A stretch of DNA of 64,000 bases from Octopus vulgaris (Eukaryota), in the NCBI GenBank assembly GCA_951406725.2, contig OX597816.1, positions 101,184,001 to 101,248,000 of the forward strand, given 5' to 3'. The notes under the pieces are model-generated. The model was not told the DNA's origin, searched no databases, and saw only the letters and a program-made list of their open reading frames with translations. This document shows, piece by piece, positions 15,280 through 29,688 of the stretch; within the stretch, counting starts at the first letter, position 1, and each line of letters begins with the position of its first letter. The translations under genes were made by a program, and so were the position numbers.

Positions 15280-15855
15280 CATGCGCCATCCCGAAAAGAT
15301 CCATCCATGATAACCTCCACTTCATGAGATATATCATTGAGAAAGTGGCTAAAGAATCTGGCACGTGTGGGGCCCTGATTAATTTAGATCAGTCTAAAGC
15401 TTTTGATAGGGTCTACCATCTTACCGACGGCGATCCTCAAGACAGCCGGTTTCGGGTTTGTATTTAGGAGCTGAATCTCTGCAATGCAGAGCGACATCTG
15501 TTCAGTGGTCAAAGTGTACAGTTACATCTCAGAACAGTTCAACCTCATGAGCTTGGCCCGGCAAGGTTGCTTCTTCTCGACTCTCTTGTACGTACCGTCC
15601 CTCGAGCCACTGCTATACAATCTGGAGACGTTGAGGGGCATACCGGGTGACCTAGCATGTGGAAGATGCGTGTCGGCATATGCTGACGACATCATCATAG
15701 TGGTGTCGGAGAATAAACAGATGGAAATGACTCTCAGGGACTACAACGTGGTATCAGGAGTGACGATTAACCAGGAAAAATCAGTGGATTTGTGGATCGG
15801 CACCTGGAGAAGCAAATCCATGCCGTCCAACTGCGTAGTTGGGCGCTGGACGGCA
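15280..15855 (+). pseudogene. Tx1/L1-clade LINE reverse-transcriptase fragment
   Basis: SIHDNL..MRYII...ALINLDQSKAFDRVYH, RQGC..S.LLY..SLEPLL and SAYADDI motifs; frameshifted and with a stop. Confidence 0.85.
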
Positions 15856-15879
15856 TCATCATCATCATCATCATCCGCA

Positions 15880-16058
15880 ATCAGTTCTCTGTGCCATGGG
15901 TATGTACTTTTGTAGTTTTTCCTTTTTTGTGCCTGCTGTTGAGAGTGCTTTACGTCGGATGTGCTTGGTGCTTAGTAGTGCTATTTTCTGTATGTTATAT
16001 ATATTCCTAAGTCCTGATGCTTTGGTTTTGTACTTGTCTGTATGTTTTTTATGCATAC
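15880..16058 (-). mobile_element. R4/Dong-like RLE LINE, 3' end
   Basis: DKYKTKASGLRNIYNIQKIALLSTKHIRRKALS matches the C-terminus of the 34-kb fragment. It abuts a (TCA)n tract and is cut off by a SINE A copy. Confidence 0.75.
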
Positions 16059-16059
16059 T

Positions 16060-16475
16060 TAAGGCAGAATCGTTTGCACGCCAGACACAATGCTTAGCGG
16101 CATTTCGTTCGTCTTTACGTTCAGAGTTTAAATTCCGCCGAGGCCGACTTCGGCTTTCATCCCTCCGGGGGTAGATGAAATAAGTACTAGTTAAGTTCTG
16201 GAGTTGACGAAATCGACTTACCCCTCACCCACTCCGAAATTACTGGTGTTATGCCAAAATTTAAAACCATTATTAATATTATTGTATAGCGCGTGAGTCA
16301 GCAGAATCGTTAGCACGCCGGACAAAATACTTAACGGCATTTCGTCCGTCTTTACGCTCTGAATTCAAATACCGCCGATGTCGACTTTGCCTTTCATCCT
16401 TTCGGTGTCTATGAAATAAGTACCAGTTCCCCTCCCATCAAATTTCAGACCTTGTGCCTATAGTAGGAAGGTTTA
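16060..16475 (+). mobile_element. Two tandem SINE family A copies
   Basis: 16060-16270 and 16290-16475 both match the family A core. Confidence 0.85.
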
Positions 16476-16629
16476 TAATTATCATTGTGTAATACACAAC
16501 AATTACTAAATTTAACGCTTTATGGTTTTCTAAACTTTGGAGTAAAACAATATTTTGACAGTCAGTGTCTAATTCTTCTCTCAATTTACTCTTTCTTTTT
16601 CTCTCCGTCTCTCTCTTTCTTTCTCTCTC

Positions 16630-16660
<31 letters not shown>

Positions 16661-16980
16661 TTCTCTCAGCAGGTTTTAGCTTCTATGGGTTCATCCTTTT
16701 TCCTTTCACTTTTTTTTTTACTTGACCGCATGTTGCTTCGTTGCCTTTTTACATTCATTCCATGTTTGGGCTTTCTTTTCCTTTTGTCTTTTCTGCATCT
16801 TAATTTATTTATTTGTTTCTTTCACTCTTTCTTTCCTTCTTCATTTCACGTAATGCCTTCTATGACACCCAGTGATGTTTCTTTCATCAAGTTTATTGTA
16901 TATTTTTATCTAATTAAATATTTATTTGCAATTCAGAAGGGACAGGCTTGCTATCATTGCCATGCAGGGGTCCGGTTATA

Positions 16981-17130
16981 AAGAAGAAGAAGAAGAAGAA
17001 GAAGAAGAAGAAGAAGAAGAAGAAGAAGAAGAAGAAGAAGAAGAAGAAGAAGAAGAAGAAGAAGAAGAAGAAGAAGAAGAAGAAGAAGAAGAAGAAGAAG
17101 AAGAAGAAGAAGAAGAAGAAGAAGAAGAAG
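16981..17130. repeat. Perfect (GAA)n microsatellite, about 50 units
   Basis: Directly visible. Confidence 0.98.
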
Positions 17131-17685
17131 GTTGTGATAACAGTTGAGGAGAGCAGTTGTGAATTAGTTGACTTTTGTAGTGTTTATGGCGCTAGATTAA
17201 AATCTCGGTTATACCCCGGATATCATTGATGACCTAACTCTGTTCTACATCTGCTTTTAATGTCAATTGGCCATGACGGAGGGGAGTCTCATGTCGCTAA
17301 AATATCACCACACCCATTATTTCTTAAACGGGCATCACAAAAAAAAGTTGTAAACCCACCCGGACTTCAGCATAATTACCTTGGATAAAACACAAAAATC
17401 AACGCCCTAAAACTCTCTTTGTATATATGTTAACAGAGATAAATATTATCATTATTATTATTATTATCATCATCATTTTGTTGTTGCTAACAATTATTTT
17501 TATTACTGTATTTTTTTAAATTTTTAGTCGATGTAGACCTCGCTTTGGGGTGTTTGTCTTTCGTCCTTGAGTTTTTCAAACTCTTGAGCTGTTGTGGCCA
17601 GTAAAAGAAATCATTATTGTTGTTGTTGTTATCATCTTCATAATCATCATCATCATCATTGTTATCATTATTATCATTATTATTA

Positions 17686-17749
<64 letters not shown>

Positions 17750-17752
<3 letters not shown>

Positions 17753-17960
17753 GACGGTGAAATGGCAGAAGGGTTACCATGCCGGACAAAATTGTTAGCG
17801 GCATTCCATCCGTCTTTACGGTCTTTACATTTCACAGAGATCGACTTTACCGTTCATCCTCCCAAGATCGATAAAATAGGTACCAGCACCGGAGTCGATA
17901 TAATCGACTAAGCCCTTTTCCCCAAGAATTTCAGGCCTTGCGCCTACAATAGAAATAATT
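17750..17960 (+). mobile_element. SINE family A copy directly after (TTA)n
   Basis: Family A head and core. Confidence 0.75.
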
Positions 17961-19299
17961 TTTGCTGTTGTTGTTGTTGATGATGATGATGATGATGTTT
18001 CTGTTGTTATGTGTTGAGCTGTACGGACATCTTGGAGGTATCTCCAAGAAAAGCTGAAATTTATCAAGACTTAATTGTGAAAGAATAGCATTTTTTCCCC
18101 TTTGATTCATTTTGTAAACAAGAAAGTTTGGACGTCTACCGCAGGTAATAAGGTAAAGTAAAAAGTCTGTCTTGTAGACATCTATTTTATTGCTTATTAG
18201 TTATTCAAGATAGCTTTTTCTTCTCAGGTAGCAAAGAGAAGTGCCGGCTTCAAACGTGGTAGCTGGAGACACTCTCCCAACCATCTCGACGAAAGAGAAA
18301 TAGAAAGAATTGAAAGCAAAATAATGTGTGGAAAGAAGAAAGTAATTGAATACATTCCAACACTGAGATGCAACAGATATATACATTGTAATAAATTAAA
18401 GAAATGGACGATATTCCTAATAATGTTAATAACATTAGCAGTAATTCTGCCAACATTGCTAATGTGAAGGAGACTCTAGGAAAGGTAAAAAATATATGTT
18501 ATAAGAGACAATGCATGATTGCCTACAGAATACAAGGTGCGAACGGGAAACAACGCAGCCTGTTTGTTGTAGATGGATCCTGACTACCCCACGGGACTGA
18601 AAGTGGAGTAACCCTTCTCAATAAAGTAAAGAAATTGTGTGAACTGTCGGAGTAGTTGACAGGGGCACAGTTGACAGCGTTGATCGTCCATATTGTTACT
18701 GTGTTAGTTTAACATAGTAACTACGTTTGGAGGAGTACGAAGTGCGTTCTGTGTGAACATATTAATTCTGTGAAAAGCTATTCTAGATAACCATATCCAA
18801 ATATTTATTTGGGTAATACTATTCTTACACAGGTGTTCACAACTCACGACATAACACTCCCACTATACTCCCACTCCACCAAAAAATGGAACATCCGTAT
18901 GCCTACAATATAGCAACTGGAAGAAATTCTGGTCGATGTGAGACACAAGGGAGCTCCGTTGATCTGAATGGAACGTAGGAAAGCTTTTGTTTGAAGAACC
19001 GAAGACAATACAAGGCATCATAGGAGTTGATGCTGTACCACACACTTGCCTACAAACCGGTGCTGAACTATATGAGAATATGTAATACGAGTATCACAGC
19101 AAACGGCATTAGTGGGGCCGGTGACTCTTGTCTCACCGCCACCTTTGTGCCACATTGCAGGTACCTGGTGAGCGCAGAAGTGATTTGAAACAATGTGATC
19201 GGGTGGGTTGATCCTGAAAACACTCAAAGCTATCTTGGATTCTTTATTGCATTGTGGAACCATAATGGAAAGGAATTAGACTGGTGGCGATGGTGGACA

Positions 19300-19430
19300 G
19301 AAATAGAATAATACCAGGTTTAAAAAACTAAAACGTACTGGGGTCGATTCATTCGACTAAAATTTTTTAAGGCGGTGCTCCAGCATGGCCACACTCAAAT
19401 GAATGAGACAAGTAAAAGAATAAAAGAATA
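19300..19430 (+). mobile_element. SINE family B tail
   Basis: ggggtcgattcattcgactaaa...aaggcggtgctccagcatggccac...aagtaaaaga. Confidence 0.75.
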
Positions 19431-19659
19431 TACACATACATACATTCACGTACGTATGCATATATAAGTGTATGTATATGTACATACTCACACATACACA
19501 CACGCGTGTATGTGTGTGTGTTGTGTGATTGTATTCATGATCACTAACATTAATGATTTATGTGTAATCAAATTGTTTTCTCGTCTAATGGTCTAAATTA
19601 TTACTTCAGTAATCTTTATATTGTTTGCTTTCACTGCACAACCTATTGACCTGCAGAAG

Positions 19660-19960
19660 CCCTACGCGCCTTCAACACCAGAAGTATTTTTGTAATTTTT
19701 TTATAATTATTCTTCTGAGACTATTTTACGTAATATACCATGCTTAGTAGTGCTCTCTTGTGTATGGTATGTATGCTTAAGTCCAGGGGTGTTGGTTATA
19801 TATTTTTCTGCATAGCTTGTAATCATTCCCATGGAAATTAATATCATGAGTATTGTTTCTGTTTTCTCTACTTATTCTCTGGATGTTTCTATTTCCAGGT
19901 CTTTTATATTTGGTTAATTTCTTGACTTCTTTTGCATAGTTTTTCTTTTTCAATATTGTT
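19660..19960 (-). mobile_element. Degenerate R4/Dong-like LINE 3' end next to (TTA)n/(TTG)n
   Basis: Nucleotide similarity to 33980-34200 (tagtagtgc..ttgtgtatg..taagtcc.gg.g; tctatttccaggtctt). Confidence 0.6.
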
Positions 19961-20001
19961 ATTTTTATTAGTATTATAGTATTATCAAATAAAATAAACT
20001 A

Positions 20002-20129
<128 letters not shown>

Positions 20130-20921
20130 GTTGTTGTTGTTGTTGTTATTATTATTATTATTGTTGTTGTTGTTGTTGTTGTTATTATGGTAAACACTTC
20201 ACTGTGTTTTCACTTTCTTTAATGTGGTTGCCACTTTCTTATTCAACGCCACCACCGTGGTACTTAGCAGCTTAGAAGTTTGGCTTATTTTCACAGAAAA
20301 AAATAAAAACTGAGAAAGAAAGACTGTTTAGATGTAGAGTTTCGTGGGCGGCAGTAATGATAAAAACTTACCCAAAGTTCGACAAAGATCGAGAAAGGTC
20401 CCCAAAGACGAAGATAACTTAAGCTGCCAAACTGATGACGTTGTTTGTATAAACCTGGTTTTATTATTATTCAATGATGGATTTAAACCAAAGAATAACT
20501 GCCGTGGGACAATTTTCTGATTGCAGACGATATTGCTTAGATCTTCTGATTTATTTTATCCTCTTTTAATCAAGTAGACTATTTAATGTGTGCAATAAAG
20601 CTGATAATAATCGCCAAAAGATATTTAACATGAAGTAAATTACGCCGTTTTCAAAAGAGTTAGTTTAGTTCATGGAAAAGTTAGATTTCTCTGGTCGTGG
20701 TTTCTGATCTGATAGCAAAGAAACTGATATAGAATGACTTGAAGAAAATAAACAGGGCAATAGTAATTTTGGATGTTAACAGAACCTCAAGTCACGGAGT
20801 ACCTTTCATACTGGGATCCACCGTACGGTTTACGCTCGATTAGTGATAATGTGGCTGAGGAATATAGTATACTAGATATTACTACATGTAATAAGGATAT
20901 TATTATTATTATTATTATTAT

Positions 20922-20983
<62 letters not shown>

Positions 20984-20984
20984 T

Positions 20985-22288
20985 TGGGTGAGAGTACAGT
21001 GTAGGATATTGACAGTTCCCATGAGCACTATCTTTTGAATTTCTGCCATTTTGGAGTTTCCAAGTATCTGAGTTAGATAGGAGCCAGTCCTTTTGTTATC
21101 ATTCCTAGGGCACCTATGACAACAGGCATTGTTTTAGTCTTGAGGTTCCACCTTTTGCCAATTTCTATTTCAAGATCTTTATACTTGCTCAGTTTTTGGT
21201 AGGTCTTGATAGATACATTTATGTCGATTGGGACTGTCATATCAATGAGGAGGCATGGTTTTTGTCTGAAATCTTTCAATATAATGTCTAGCTTATTCGC
21301 ATCTAGTTTACTTTCAGATTGAATGGTGAAGTTCCAGAGGAGTGAGATACTATTGTTTTCATGCATTGGAAGAGGTTTGCGTTTCCACCAGTTTTTATCA
21401 TGAGGCTTGACCAGGTGGTTGCAAATTACCCAGTAAATATAATGTGCTGCTCTATCATAAACGTATTTAGATATTCTGTAGGTGCAAGAGGACTGCATAT
21501 AGTGACAACGTGATCAATGGCATTTTATTGTTGACATACACCACATGTTGGGCAACTGCCGTTCTTAATATGTTGTCCTGGTAGTTCATTTTACGTAGGC
21601 ATTGATCTTGGGCTACCATGAGAAACCCTTCTGTTTCCGATTTTAAACCAAAAGGCACTAATCATTGACGGGTAAGGGCTTTGTCAACATCAGCACTATT
21701 AGCTCTCTTTGCCATTGAGAGCTTTTTCTTGCCATTTATCAGTAAGAATATCTAAGACAGCAGTTTTAGTACGGGTTTTCTAAAACCCGTGCTAAAATTC
21801 TGGAATTCGTTGTATTTGGAATTCACTTAGATATTCCTTTGCCTGTTTTGTTACTGAGAATGATTCTTTCTTGTTTTCATGCTTTGAGACAGGCTTTTTT
21901 ACATCCAATCATCAGAGTTTTTCAGGTGGGTGTCTAGGCCAATTGTGGCAATTTTCATTGTTAATACCACTTGTAAAATCCATGGCCACCCTCTTTTTTG
22001 GCAGATAAAGTCGTTCTATATCTGCCATAGGGTAGTGCATTTTATGCATTGTCAACAATTTTCGTATTTTTCTGTCAGTTGACTAGTTAATGATATTGAA
22101 AGTGTTGGTCAGGACCGGTATGGCTAAAGTATAAATCGCTTCGATCCTGTTTCTTGAATTCAGGTCTGTCTTGAGTATTGCCTTTACTCTGCGATAACAT
22201 TCTCTTCTGATACTTTCCCCCATCACTGAATATTTGATTCCGTCCCCTTCAAGTACCTCTAGGTATTTGTAGTTCTTCGCTGGTTCTA

Positions 22289-22292
<4 letters not shown>
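20985..22292 (-). mobile_element. 5'-truncated R4/Dong-like RLE LINE (pseudogenised), between TAG/TTA tracts
   Basis: YKYLEVLE..GI, RIEAIYTLAIPVL, GLKSETEGFLMVAQDQCL, a decayed CCHC, and the restriction-like endonuclease LWNFTIQ...ANKLDII...LIDMTVP.D...K..KY.DL..EI...W...PVVIGALG; frameshifts and stops. Confidence 0.9.
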
Positions 22293-22361
<69 letters not shown>

Positions 22362-22459
22362 TAGTAGTCTTCTTATTTTTACCATGTGTTTTCACTGCAT
22401 TACCGAGCACGTGCCTTGGGTATGTGCTCTGCTTTGTTTTCGTGTTCTGATTTTCACTG

Positions 22460-22539
<80 letters not shown>

Positions 22540-22633
22540 TTGAGTGATCTATGTTCAAATTATGTCGAAAACAAAACTGCCAGCGATTGATATTGTTTAT
22601 ACATACAAATGAGGCCACACTTATGTTTTGAAA

Positions 22634-22678
<45 letters not shown>

Positions 22679-22689
22679 CGTGAGTGAGT

Positions 22690-22726
22690 AGGCGGGACGT
22701 GTCTGTGTGGTAAGAAGCTTGCTTCC
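22690..22726 (+). mobile_element. Head of a SINE family B copy, interrupted by the Tx1-like LINE
   Basis: ggcgggacgtgtctgtgtggtaagaagcttgcttcc stops where other copies continue caaccacatgg. Confidence 0.6.
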
Positions 22727-25083
22727 GGTTATAGACTACGGTCGTTGTTTGTGCTTCGTACTGACATTAACGTTGGATTTACCGTTGGATTATATTGTTA
22801 CTACTGTTGGTAATTTTGAACTTGTTGCTATTATTTGTTGAACTGTTCTGTTTCACGGTTATGGGGAATTGAAATTGTTACATATTTTCTATGGCCGTTG
22901 TGGCATTGTATATATTTTTCTGTTAAAAAATTGAATTGTTTTAATGTCTTTGCAGAGTTATTTGAACTCTTTTTGAACTGCTTTAAACTGTGTCGTACTG
23001 TTTTTGAACTGTTGACCTCTTCTGTCGAAGAATTTAAATTATTTTATTCTTGTGTTTTCTCTGTTCTTTGGTTATTAATTTCAACAGAGTATGTCCGTCG
23101 AAATTATCAGAGAAAAATGTACTCTCAAAGGGAGTAATGGTGATGTTGGCAGTATTGCCAGCACTGTGAAGAAAATTTCGGCGGTTGCCGCAGTGGCAAC
23201 AGAAAATATTGATATCTCTGTAGGAATGTTACAGGAATATTTGAAAATAATGAAAGGGGAGGACGGTCATGTGAAAATATCACCCTCCTCCAACGTTGTG
23301 GATACGGGGAGAAAAACAATTTTGTTTAAAACCTACTGTACAGAAAACAATCGCTTCAAGCACTTTGAAAAGGAGAAAATTGAAAAATATCTTGCCCTAA
23401 TATGGAAAGACATAATTTACATAGCAAAGGGTAATGCGAGACCCTTGAAAACTAAAGAAGTGGTGCTTCTGTCAACCTACATGGGGAGACGTACTTCCTG
23501 TGTAAAGGTGTCAGAAGTGCCACCAGAAGTGGATCCGAGGGAGGTAATGGCCGCCCTGTTGTTTAAGAGGGCGGACAAGATCAAGTTTCTCAAAATCACA
23601 TGCACTTCCCCCCACCCACCCAGAATTGACTCGGGCAGGCATCTCGGCAATCATTCAGGTGGCTCAGGAAGATATCGAAATGCTTCCAGACAGGGTGCTC
23701 GTAGGTGACAATACTATATTAAGAATCCAAGTGTAATGTAAAAAACCCACATGTTACGAATGTGGCAAAAAAGGCTACATTCGGGCAGATTGTGAGGAAC
23801 GAAAAAAGAAGATGGCGCTGACACTAGGCCCTTCAAGTGTAAAAAACATTCCCACTCCCACCACACACACACACCAATCCCCACAAAGACAAAAACTCCC
23901 ACCCCCGCTGCTGCAGTGCCGTGCCCCAAACAAAATAATAAAAAAACACAACCCCTGCACACACAAGCCCCTACAAATACAAAACCACACGTTCCCTTGA
24001 AACCTGAAGCACCTATTTGAAAAAATGCAATTCCCCCAGACGATACCATGGAGGTATCAGAGGGGGAGTTTACTGTAGTACGGAAACGTACATTGGCACC
24101 CTCCCCATCCCCATCCCCTTCAAAGAATACAAACGAAGCTCCACAGACAATAAAAAAAGACCCCGCCCAACCGTCACTGTGAAAAAAACGAAGAAAACAT
24201 TATTTTGGTAGAATTTAATACAAAAGATGAATATAGCAATGACGTTGTTGTGGCACATCTCACAACAAAATTGTACCCCCCCCCCCCCAACACAAAGATC
24301 TGAAAGGGAGGTGCGCCTTGATAAGGGAAATTCTATACAGAGAATTAAAGGAAAGGCATTATACAGCCATCTGGAGGGTTGTAGATTTACCTAAATATCT
24401 GAAAAAGGAGGAGAAGGAAGGGACTGATTTACGTGTGGTGAAGTCGGCCCCAACTTCTCCAGTGAAGGGTAAGTAGAAGCTTTACTTTTAGTACTGACCT
24501 TACTTAACCTTTGTTGTTGGAATGTACGTGGTCTGAGTTCGAAGTGGAAGCAGGCTTGTTTCCTCGCTGACCTCAAATTACATGATATACATGTGATGGT
24601 TGCTACAGAGACCGAGCTGGACAGTCTACAAACTTTCTCGCCTCTTCTGAATGATAACGAGAAAATCATGTCTCCTGGTGGCTCTGTCTCCCGGTGGCTC
24701 TGCAGAAAAGTACAGTATATGAGGACCCTGAGGGTGGCCTGGTCGTCCTTGATGTGACATACAGCAGTAAGGCCTTCAGGTTGATCGGGTTCTATGCACC
24801 TTGTGCTAAAGGATTACAAACTGATTTTCATCGGCGCCTAGAGAACTTTCTCATGTCGTCGAAGATATTAGTAGTATTAAGAGACTTTGACGCTATCCTT
24901 GACGCACGCATCGATGGTGTTGGCTCGACCGGTAGGAAGATAAACTTACGTCTCGTGGATCTGCTTAAGCGCTTCCAGCTGGCAGATCGATACTGGCTTG
25001 ACCATCCGAACGTCCCAGAGTGGACCTGGATTAGTGGCAACCGAAGGTTCAAGTCTTACTTAGATAGGATTGTAATTAGAACT
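22727..25083 (+). mobile_element. 5' half of a Tx1/L1-clade LINE: 5'UTR, ORF1 (from 23091) with zinc knuckle, APE endonuclease (about 24500-25080); 3'-truncated
   Basis: CYECGKKGYIRADC at 23752-23793 (CCHC with H>Y); WNVRGL...ATET; DPEGGLVVLDV...IGFYAP; LRDFDAILD; WTW...KSYLDRI. Frameshifted. Confidence 0.85.
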
Positions 25084-27463
25084 ATGTGTGTTTGTCCCCA
25101 ATCGGTGTTTGTCTATGTCCCAGTAAAAAAAAACCAAAAGATAGCAGAAACCATAAAACAAAAGTTTTGAAAACATGATTAAATGCTGAATAACAACTTC
25201 TAAGAACGGCAATTACATATTTCAACAAACCAAACAGTCATACCGTACTGAATTTGACTGTTTCTGAAAAGAAGGATAAATCCTAAAATCTAATATTGTA
25301 CGTCTCTCTAAATAATTACGTCTCTCTAAACTCCTGTTGAATCGGTCAGCGGTAGATCCTAAGAATTAAATACTGCAAATATAGAACAAGGCAAGAGAAT
25401 CCCCGTGTAAGTCAAACTCTTTTGCACTCAGTTTATAATCAATGGTGTCTAAATGATTTTCATAATAAATCATGACACTTTCGTTTCAATAAAACAACAG
25501 TAGCAACATTAATAACAGCAACAGTTATAATAACGATATTAATAGTGTTGATACCCAGTAACAGCAAACAATAGCAACTGCACAAGCTGCAACAACAACA
25601 GCCCTAAAATTTAAGCTCAGTGAACTATTAAATTTCAGTAACTTCAGCATTGATCTACTTTCGTATTAGAACAAAGGGTCTACATGTTAGAAAAATTTGA
25701 AACTAAGGAGTTTATTATGTTCTTGCATTTCGCTGGAATATAGATTATGTAGCAGTAACTTGGACACACCAAAAGATATCCTTCTGTTATACAGAGAGAG
25801 TCACAATCATATTTACTTAAATGTTATTTTCATGATTGGCACTATGTAGTGGGCAGCAAAGATAAAAAGACTGAACCTTACAAGTTTTAGTCATGCCCTA
25901 TGCCGTGTGAAGTATAACTGTTGCCCACTTTATGTTTCATACGAAACTAATTTGGCCGAAAATCTTACAGGAGTTAATATGAATTCTTTTGAAAACTTTG
26001 CCATGAAAAAAACCCAACTACAAAACATTTAACTGATTGTTTGGTTTTACTGTCTTCCTTCCTTTTTCTCTCTTTCGTTTTATTATATTTTAGATATTAC
26101 AATACCAGATAATATACAACCAACTCAAGCAGACGATGCATTTATATTGTTTCGCCAAGAAAAATCTAGCAGACGATACACAAGTTATAAATACTTCGTC
26201 ATTGCTATTATTTTTGTCTCAGTTATTATTCTCCCCAATTTCTCTCTCTCTCTTTTTCTCTCCTCCTCTCTCTCCCTCTCTCTCTATATCTGTCTCTCTC
26301 CTTTTCTCTCTCTACCTCTCTTTCTCTCTCTCACTCTCTCTCTCTCTCACACACGCACACACACTTTCTCACTTTATTTTGTTTAATTCTTAATGGCGCA
26401 ATCTAATACAATGTTCTTACTTCCTATCATTTCTTTTCACGTCTTTGTTAGTTTCATTTTTTTTCCTTTCTACTTCGGTGAGGTGTTTTAGCAGTGTTTG
26501 TTTCTTTTTGTTAATGAATTCCTCAACGTAAATATATCGATTGAAGCGAAGCATCATTCTTTTAAGGAGACTGAATGTCTGAAAAGAACTTATTACTTCA
26601 GAAATGGCTCTATTTTTCCTGTTAGTTATGTGGATGTTTTGTGAGTCATCCTTGCTTGTTTTATTGGTTTGTCTGTTTGGTGGTAGAAATAGTAATGATG
26701 GTGGCATGGAAGATGAGATGATGGGGGTGATGTTGATGAAGGTGACGTCGATAGTTATGGTGATAAAGGAAAAAAGTGGTATCATGGTGGTGAAGCTGTC
26801 GGTGATGATTGTGTGATAGTGATATTTGTCTTGATATATAAAATATGTCAGTGGTAATCACGAAGATGATGATGTTTCCTTGCTGCATCATTAATGTGAC
26901 ATGGTAGTGTTTAGTAGTGGTAGGAATTTGATTTTTAGTGGGGTCATTATGGTATTGGTAGTGTTTTTCTTTCCATTCTAATTTTTTTTGTTAGTTTTTG
27001 ACAATGGCGGTGGCTGTTTTGTCATTGGTGGGGATGGTGAGGGCCTAAATATAGTTTCTGTAGTTGTACTATTTTTGCCATGGAGGTAGTGGTGATGGAG
27101 GTGATGGAGGTGGTGGAAGTAGTGGCGGTGGTGGTAGTAGTTATGCATCTTTGGTGTGTTGCTGATAGTGATTATAATAGACGATGTAGGGCGTCTGTGT
27201 GTGGCGGGAGTGATATCTTTAGTATGGATGATACAGGTGTATCTTTTGAGGGATTGTTGAAGTAGTTGTATTTTCTTGGTGTTGCTGTTATCCAGTCCTA
27301 ATATAGGAATCCTAGCCAATTACTTCCTGGGTACAGTGCACCGGAGCCCGCATCATTTAATGTTGCGTAATGGAACCATATGATTTGAGGAAGATTTGAC
27401 ACATTTTGCTAATAGGTTGAATTACCACCTATAGGACCTCTCACTAGTTGGACAAATACTATG

Positions 27464-27626
<163 letters not shown>

Positions 27627-28113
27627 TCTTTATTGTGGTTGCTAAAATTAGGATTTGTTTTTGGTTTGATTTGGTTTGTCTTTGGTTAATATCATGTAGG
27701 TTGTTAGTAGCGATGGTGGCTGGTTGTAAGTTTCTTTGGAGGTGGTGGTGATGATGATGGTAATCTTGATCGTGGTTTCCAAACCAGTGATGGTAGTTTT
27801 AGCTGTATCAGTAGTAGGGGTCGGGAGGGAGAAAGTGAAGTTGGACGTGCGGTGTTGGTGGTGAAGATACTGGTGAAGACATTTGCAGTGAGGGATGGTG
27901 GGGTTCTAGTGATGGTGGTGATTATGGTTTTGGTGGTTATCCAAGGTTTATTGACGTCGGTTAGTTTCATTTGTCAGATCTTGAGCCAGTGGTGGCTCAT
28001 AATTTATTTCGTTGTTGTGGCTGAAGTGCATGTGACTGTGACAATTGTAATAATGTGTAATAATATGTATGTGTGTGTGCGCACGCGCGGACATGTAGCA
28101 TGTACGTATATGT

Positions 28114-28148
<35 letters not shown>

Positions 28149-28225
28149 CATATATATATTATAGATAGATAGATAGATAGATAGGTATATGATGTACTTG
28201 TAGCATCAATGTATATACGTAAACG

Positions 28226-29629
<1,404 letters not shown>

Positions 29630-29632
29630 TAT

Positions 29633-29688
<56 letters not shown>

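Noticed and set aside
16926-17229. Poly-E and poly-K ORFs, and all similar YI/VC/HT/MYVC/poly-S/T/M/H ORFs across the window
   Set aside because: Translations of microsatellites that lack stop codons
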